A stretch of DNA of 64,000 bases from the human T2T-CHM13v2.0 reference genome, Homo sapiens: NCBI RefSeq assembly GCF_009914755.1, contig NC_060934.1. One strand, 5' to 3'. Made by a program: the position numbers and the translations under genes. The first letter of the stretch is position 1, and every line of letters begins with the position of its first letter. Below the pieces are notes generated by a model, which saw nothing but the letters and a program-made list of their open reading frames with translations, ran no database searches and had not been told where the DNA came from. Shown here piece after piece: positions 58,970 through 64,000 of this stretch.

Positions 58970-59660
58970 TAAACTGCCCTTGCAAAATCATGACAGTAAG
59001 AGAAATCTGACATACTTGACTCCATCTTGCTTCTGACCTCTAAGCTGTGCTTGGTCATTCCTGGGCATCAGCCAAGCTAACTTTGCGAGGAATTTATAGT
59101 TTAACTTTGAAACAAAAATGATAATATTCCTTCCCTAAAACTAACTCCTCCTTGTTTGGAGACTGAAACTGTCTTTGTAAGACTGAGAGGCCACAAGATA
59201 GATGTAATTTCTAAAATCGCTTACTGATCAGGAGTTATGTGGTCAGGAGTCAAGATTTGTGACCTTCTCAATTGCTCCTACAGATAACATCACTACTGTA
59301 GAACCTCAGATTTTTTTTTCCAGATGTTTTTCAGACTAACCCCAACTGGACTCATGACTCTTGAATTTACTGGTCTTGTGGCCTCACTCAGAGGCAGACT
59401 CAGTACCTGAGGACCGTTTTCTACACCTTTATGATTTTATCCTCAACCAATCAGTAGCACCCATAACCTAAATCCTTGACCACCAAATTGTCCATTAAAA
59501 CCCCCTAACTTCCAAGCCTTCAGAGAGGCTGATTTGACCAACAGCCCAGGTTCTCTTACATGGGCCAGCTTCAGGTCAATTAAACTCGTTCACTACTGCA
59601 ATGCTGTGGTCTCAGTAGTTTGATTTTGTTTGTGCAGCAGACAGAAAGAACCTGTTACAT
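58970..59660 (+). mobile_element. LTR8-family (LTR8B-like) ERV1 LTR
   Basis: gcaaaatcatgacagtaagagaaatctgacat..tgactccatcttgcttct...gccaagctaactttg matches the recalled LTR8 family. Confidence 0.75.
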
Positions 59661-59905
59661 GATTGACTAAACTCCTAGCGCATACTTATTGAGATTCTAT
59701 TGTGTGCTGGGCACTTGGCTAATTTCAAGGTAAAGCGTAACAGTACTTTTTAATGTCCTGACTGTCTTGAGCTTAAAGTCCTTTAAGAGAAAGAGATATT
59801 AAATTAAATAATAAGTATAAAAGTAACAACACTTTGCCTAATGTTATTTTAGAGAACAACTTATGAATACATTCACATAAGATGTTTAAATAAGACACTT
59901 TAGGT

Positions 59906-60121
59906 CAGACTTCTCCGACCTGCAGCCCTGTGGCCCAGGACAGCTTTGAATGTGGTGTAGTTCAACACAAATTTGTAAACTTTCTTAAAACATTATGAGG
60001 TTTTTCCTGTGGGTTTTTTTTTTTTCACATAGTCTATCATTAGTATTAGTGTATTTTATGTGTGGCCCAACACTTCTTCTTCCACTGTGGCCCAGGGAAG
60101 CCAAAAGATTGGACACCCCTG
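59906..60121. mobile_element. MER30 hAT DNA transposon
   Basis: ggcccaggacagctttgaatgtgg...gtggcccagggaagccaaaagattggacacccctg. Confidence 0.85.
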
Positions 60122-61759
60122 CTTTAGATCCATGAAAAATGGTTAGGGGCAGAACATTCCAAAGAGAGGGGAGATGTGGGAGAAGTAAGCGTGATATCCT
60201 AAAGCCAGGGCGAGTTTGGTGGAATTGTATAATCATCTCCTGCCTTTGCCCTAAGGCCAGGGTGAGTTTGGTAGGAAGAAATACAGAAGAGTTAAGCAAC
60301 TATCTAAAGGATGCTGTTTCAATAGTATGATCAATCAGAGTTTAACATTATAATGGACACAGAATGAGTGTCTTTATACAGATTCCAGTGAATTTATTTG
60401 GACTCTAAAAATGTTTAGAGTCAAATAACCATGATTGCACTCCTTGCTACACAGCTCTGGCTTAGATCTAATCAAAGTTTTTGATAGACTGCTTGACACA
60501 GAAAACTATGGTTGTGGTGTTAAATTACGTGATTTATATTAAATAAGTGACCTGATGTCTAGAACATAATGTGTTCTCAATAAATTTATTTATTAACAAT
60601 AAATTGCGTTAATATTCCAACTAATAAATTATTTAAGAAAAATATGTCGAATAGAGTGCTAAATGATTGTAGTCAACTAACTTTAAACAGTGCATCTAAT
60701 TTCAGTGTTTCCTTTTTAAGATTGGCTCAAAATGAGGTACATTGACCCCCATCATTGCCATTTGCATTCATTTATATCCAATGTTCTTCTCTTATATATG
60801 AGTAATATAAGAATCCTATATATCTTTCTAACTTGAAACCACAAAAACATCTCCTGAACTTTTCCTCTGGTGGTTTGCTTTGGGTAGCACTACCAACTCA
60901 ATTTCCTATTCTTTTGCTGCATATCATATTTGAGCCATACATCATAATGTACTTGACTCAGATGTCTGGTGTTCCTGTCCTATGCTGCACTAGCTTGCAA
61001 GGTCTTGCTTTTTCTTGACAACCTGCCTCTTAAAACAGATTTCAAACTAAACCTCCTGGTTTTGTAATTTGATCCAAGTCTACTCCCTTGGACAGAATAT
61101 CAGTAACAGGATTTGCCACATCTTTTCCTTTCAGCCATACTGACTACCAGGGTGGAAATAGTCATATTTTGAAAGCAGCATCCTTTCAGACTGCTTTGTC
61201 CGCTTATATATACATTTTAACTCTTTAGTTTCACTCCACAGTGGAAAGAGAGAGGCAAAAATGGGTTTCTCTGAAATTGCTATCAGCAGTGTTATCTCTC
61301 TTCAAGAAGAATAAAAAAAGGATCTTATTAAATGGCAGTTAATGACAATGAAAAAAGGGATCTGAGAACTAATGAAAATAATTTTGAGGAATATTCTCTA
61401 ACTATATGCATTATCTTGGCTCCCAAAGAAGACCCACCTCCACTTTTGAGGACCATCATTTAGAATGGGCATGAAACATAACTCAGTGGTTTGATGAAGA
61501 AGTGATGATTGAGATTCTTTCATCTCTTCATTTTTAGGCACTCTTTTTCATCACCACCACAAAGAATAAGAATGGAATACAAAATACTGTGGGGGTTTTT
61601 ATGTTCATTGAAAAGCTTTTTCCTGTCCAAGGTACTTGTTCTATAAGCTTTCTTGCTGCCTGGATTTCCAGTGTTCCAAGGAAATTTTCAAAATGTATAT
61701 GAATTTGTTTTCCATACCAATGCCTGAGTCTTAAACCAAAAACTATATGAAGAAAAGTC

Positions 61760-62030
61760 TTTATTGTTATAATAATAAGCTGATGTTGAATACTTGTACA
61801 TCCAAGGAATTCTTCATATATTATTAGTTCCATTAATCTTCCAAATGACACAAAGAGATAATTAGTATCATTACCTTCATTCTTATCAAAGATATAGAGA
61901 CAAACACTAATCAAGCAACCTGCTCCTAGTTCAAATACCAATATATTAAGTGGTATAGAGTTAGGATTACATCTGGACAATTCAACTCAAGAGCTCTTGC
62001 TCTAAACCACTTCTCCATGCTGCCACTCTT
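61760..62030 (-). mobile_element. MIR SINE
   Basis: gagttaggattacatctggacaattcaactcaagagctcttgctctaaaccact. Confidence 0.55.
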
Positions 62031-62764
62031 GTATAATTATGTCATTATAAGAATATAGATAGTATAATGATATAGATAATTTTTCCATGACTATTTAGTG
62101 AAATAACCATACTTATATCTTCCTCATAGCAAAAGCAGATCATTTCGATATGTTTTGATTTCTTAAGTTTTAAAAGGTTTCTGAATAAAATTTTCTTTCA
62201 AAGGATTTTATTTACATAGAACTAATTAATTTACCCTTTTATTAAACACTATGAATTTTCTCTTCAAAGGGCTCCTCTGATACTAATAAATGCCTATCCT
62301 CCGACTTTCCAAGAATATCAAACACCAGCCAACAGATTTATGTGATAGTGGAAAACACCCAATTACCTTCGGTAGAATGCTTTCTTAAAAGTGCATGTAT
62401 TCTAACCTTGTAGGGAATTTAAACAACTGTGCTTAAAAGAAAAAAAAAAAACAGGAAAGGAAGATTTGAGTCAATTCATCATTTTTATTATGTACTCTCA
62501 ACTCGACCCAAAACACATCTAAAAAAACCTATATTTTAGTGACATTTACTACTACTTTGCCACTCCACTTTTAAAGCAGCCTATGTGAATATCAAGTGGA
62601 TGGGCCTGTTTCTGTACAATATCACATACTATAGGAGAAATATCTAGCACCGATGATAATAATAATAATAATTTAAAAACTCTGAACACTGCTGTTTGTT
62701 AGATTACTCCAGATATTTGAATATTCCTTTTCTTTCTTAGTTCTTTAATTAGCTGTGGCTTTGA

Positions 62765-63109
<345 letters not shown>

Positions 63110-63174
63110 CAACTTTTACATATTTTTAAATGTTTTCATTCATTATTTGCAGTTCTGTTCTAACGCATAAATTA

Positions 63175-63512
63175 TAGTCCTTCCTGGTATCAATGCAGAG
63201 TTTGTTCTACAACCCCAACGGATATCAAAATCCACAGATGCTGAAGTTCCTGGTGTAAAATGGCATAGTATTTGCAAATAACCTACGTGCATCCTCACAT
63301 ACACTTGAAGTCATCTCTAAATTACTTATAATACCTAATAAAATGCCTACACATAGCTTCATCTGCACAGATTCGACATAGTACTCAATGTACAGTCAAA
63401 TTCAAGTTTTGCTTTTTGAAAATTTGTAAAATTTTTATTTTCAAATATTTTTTATCCTTAGTTGGTTGAATGCACAAATATGGAACCCATGGATGTGGAA
63501 ATCCAGTTGTAC
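63175..63512. mobile_element. MER2/MER2B Tigger-derived DNA element
   Basis: aaaatccacagatgctgaagttcct..aaaatggcatagtatttgca..aacctac...ttggttgaatgcacaaatatggaacccatggat. Confidence 0.82.
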
Positions 63513-64000
63513 CTTTTAAATCTCCATTTTTTATACAATTCTTATTTTCCAAATGGTGGCCTTTTTTCTCTCCTTCAACTATAAAATTATAGTTCATTAA
63601 ACCATTTATTTATTTTCATAGAGTATATGTCATATTTTAGTCACAAAACCTCGACCACATGACAGAAGGGGCACCTAATCATTCTCATTGGCACACAAGG
63701 TCTTGTTAAAATTATAAAGTAGACAAATATTCTCTTCAGTATCCTTCTATCTTTATATCATCTTTTAATGTTCCTTCTTCCAAACCCAAAATTTTAATCA
63801 TCCTTAAGCTGTACAAAGTATCCTACCTAGGTCAGCCATAAAGGTCTTCCTGATATATAAATATTCCTCCAACTTTCCATTTATTCTTTCAATAATACTC
63901 TTACTCTTTAGTGAATATAGCCTTGGCAATCAATGTTTGGATTAAAGAAATTCACACTAAAATGTCAATGACTGTAATTCAGATGTCTAATGAGTACATT

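Overview
Primate (most likely human) AT-rich genomic DNA, almost entirely intronic. The only host coding sequence I can support is one 201-nt internal exon of CTNNA3 (alpha-T-catenin) on the minus strand at 34381-34581, with canonical AG/GT boundaries and phase 1-1. From recall this is exon 12 (chr10q21); I cannot verify that here. The rest is retrotransposon and DNA-transposon debris: about 17 Alu/FLAM copies, a full-length but dead L1PA6-like LINE-1 with target-site duplication (TSD) at 37190-43337, older L1/L2/MIR fragments, MaLR and ERV1 solo LTRs, MADE2, MER30 and MER2, plus microsatellites. Subfamily names come from remembered consensus sequences and need RepeatMasker confirmation. I see no new multi-gene system. 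Two things best deserve a second look. (1) A 127-bp, ~97% identical inverted duplication is fused, through a microhomology/tandem junction, to a captured internal L1 endonuclease fragment about 0.7-1.7 kb upstream of the exon; this looks like a templated-repair scar. (2) The full-length L1 is oriented so that its antisense promoter and an intact ORF0-like frame point at the CTNNA3 exon, and one (GC) donor would give an in-frame ORF0-CTNNA3 fusion.
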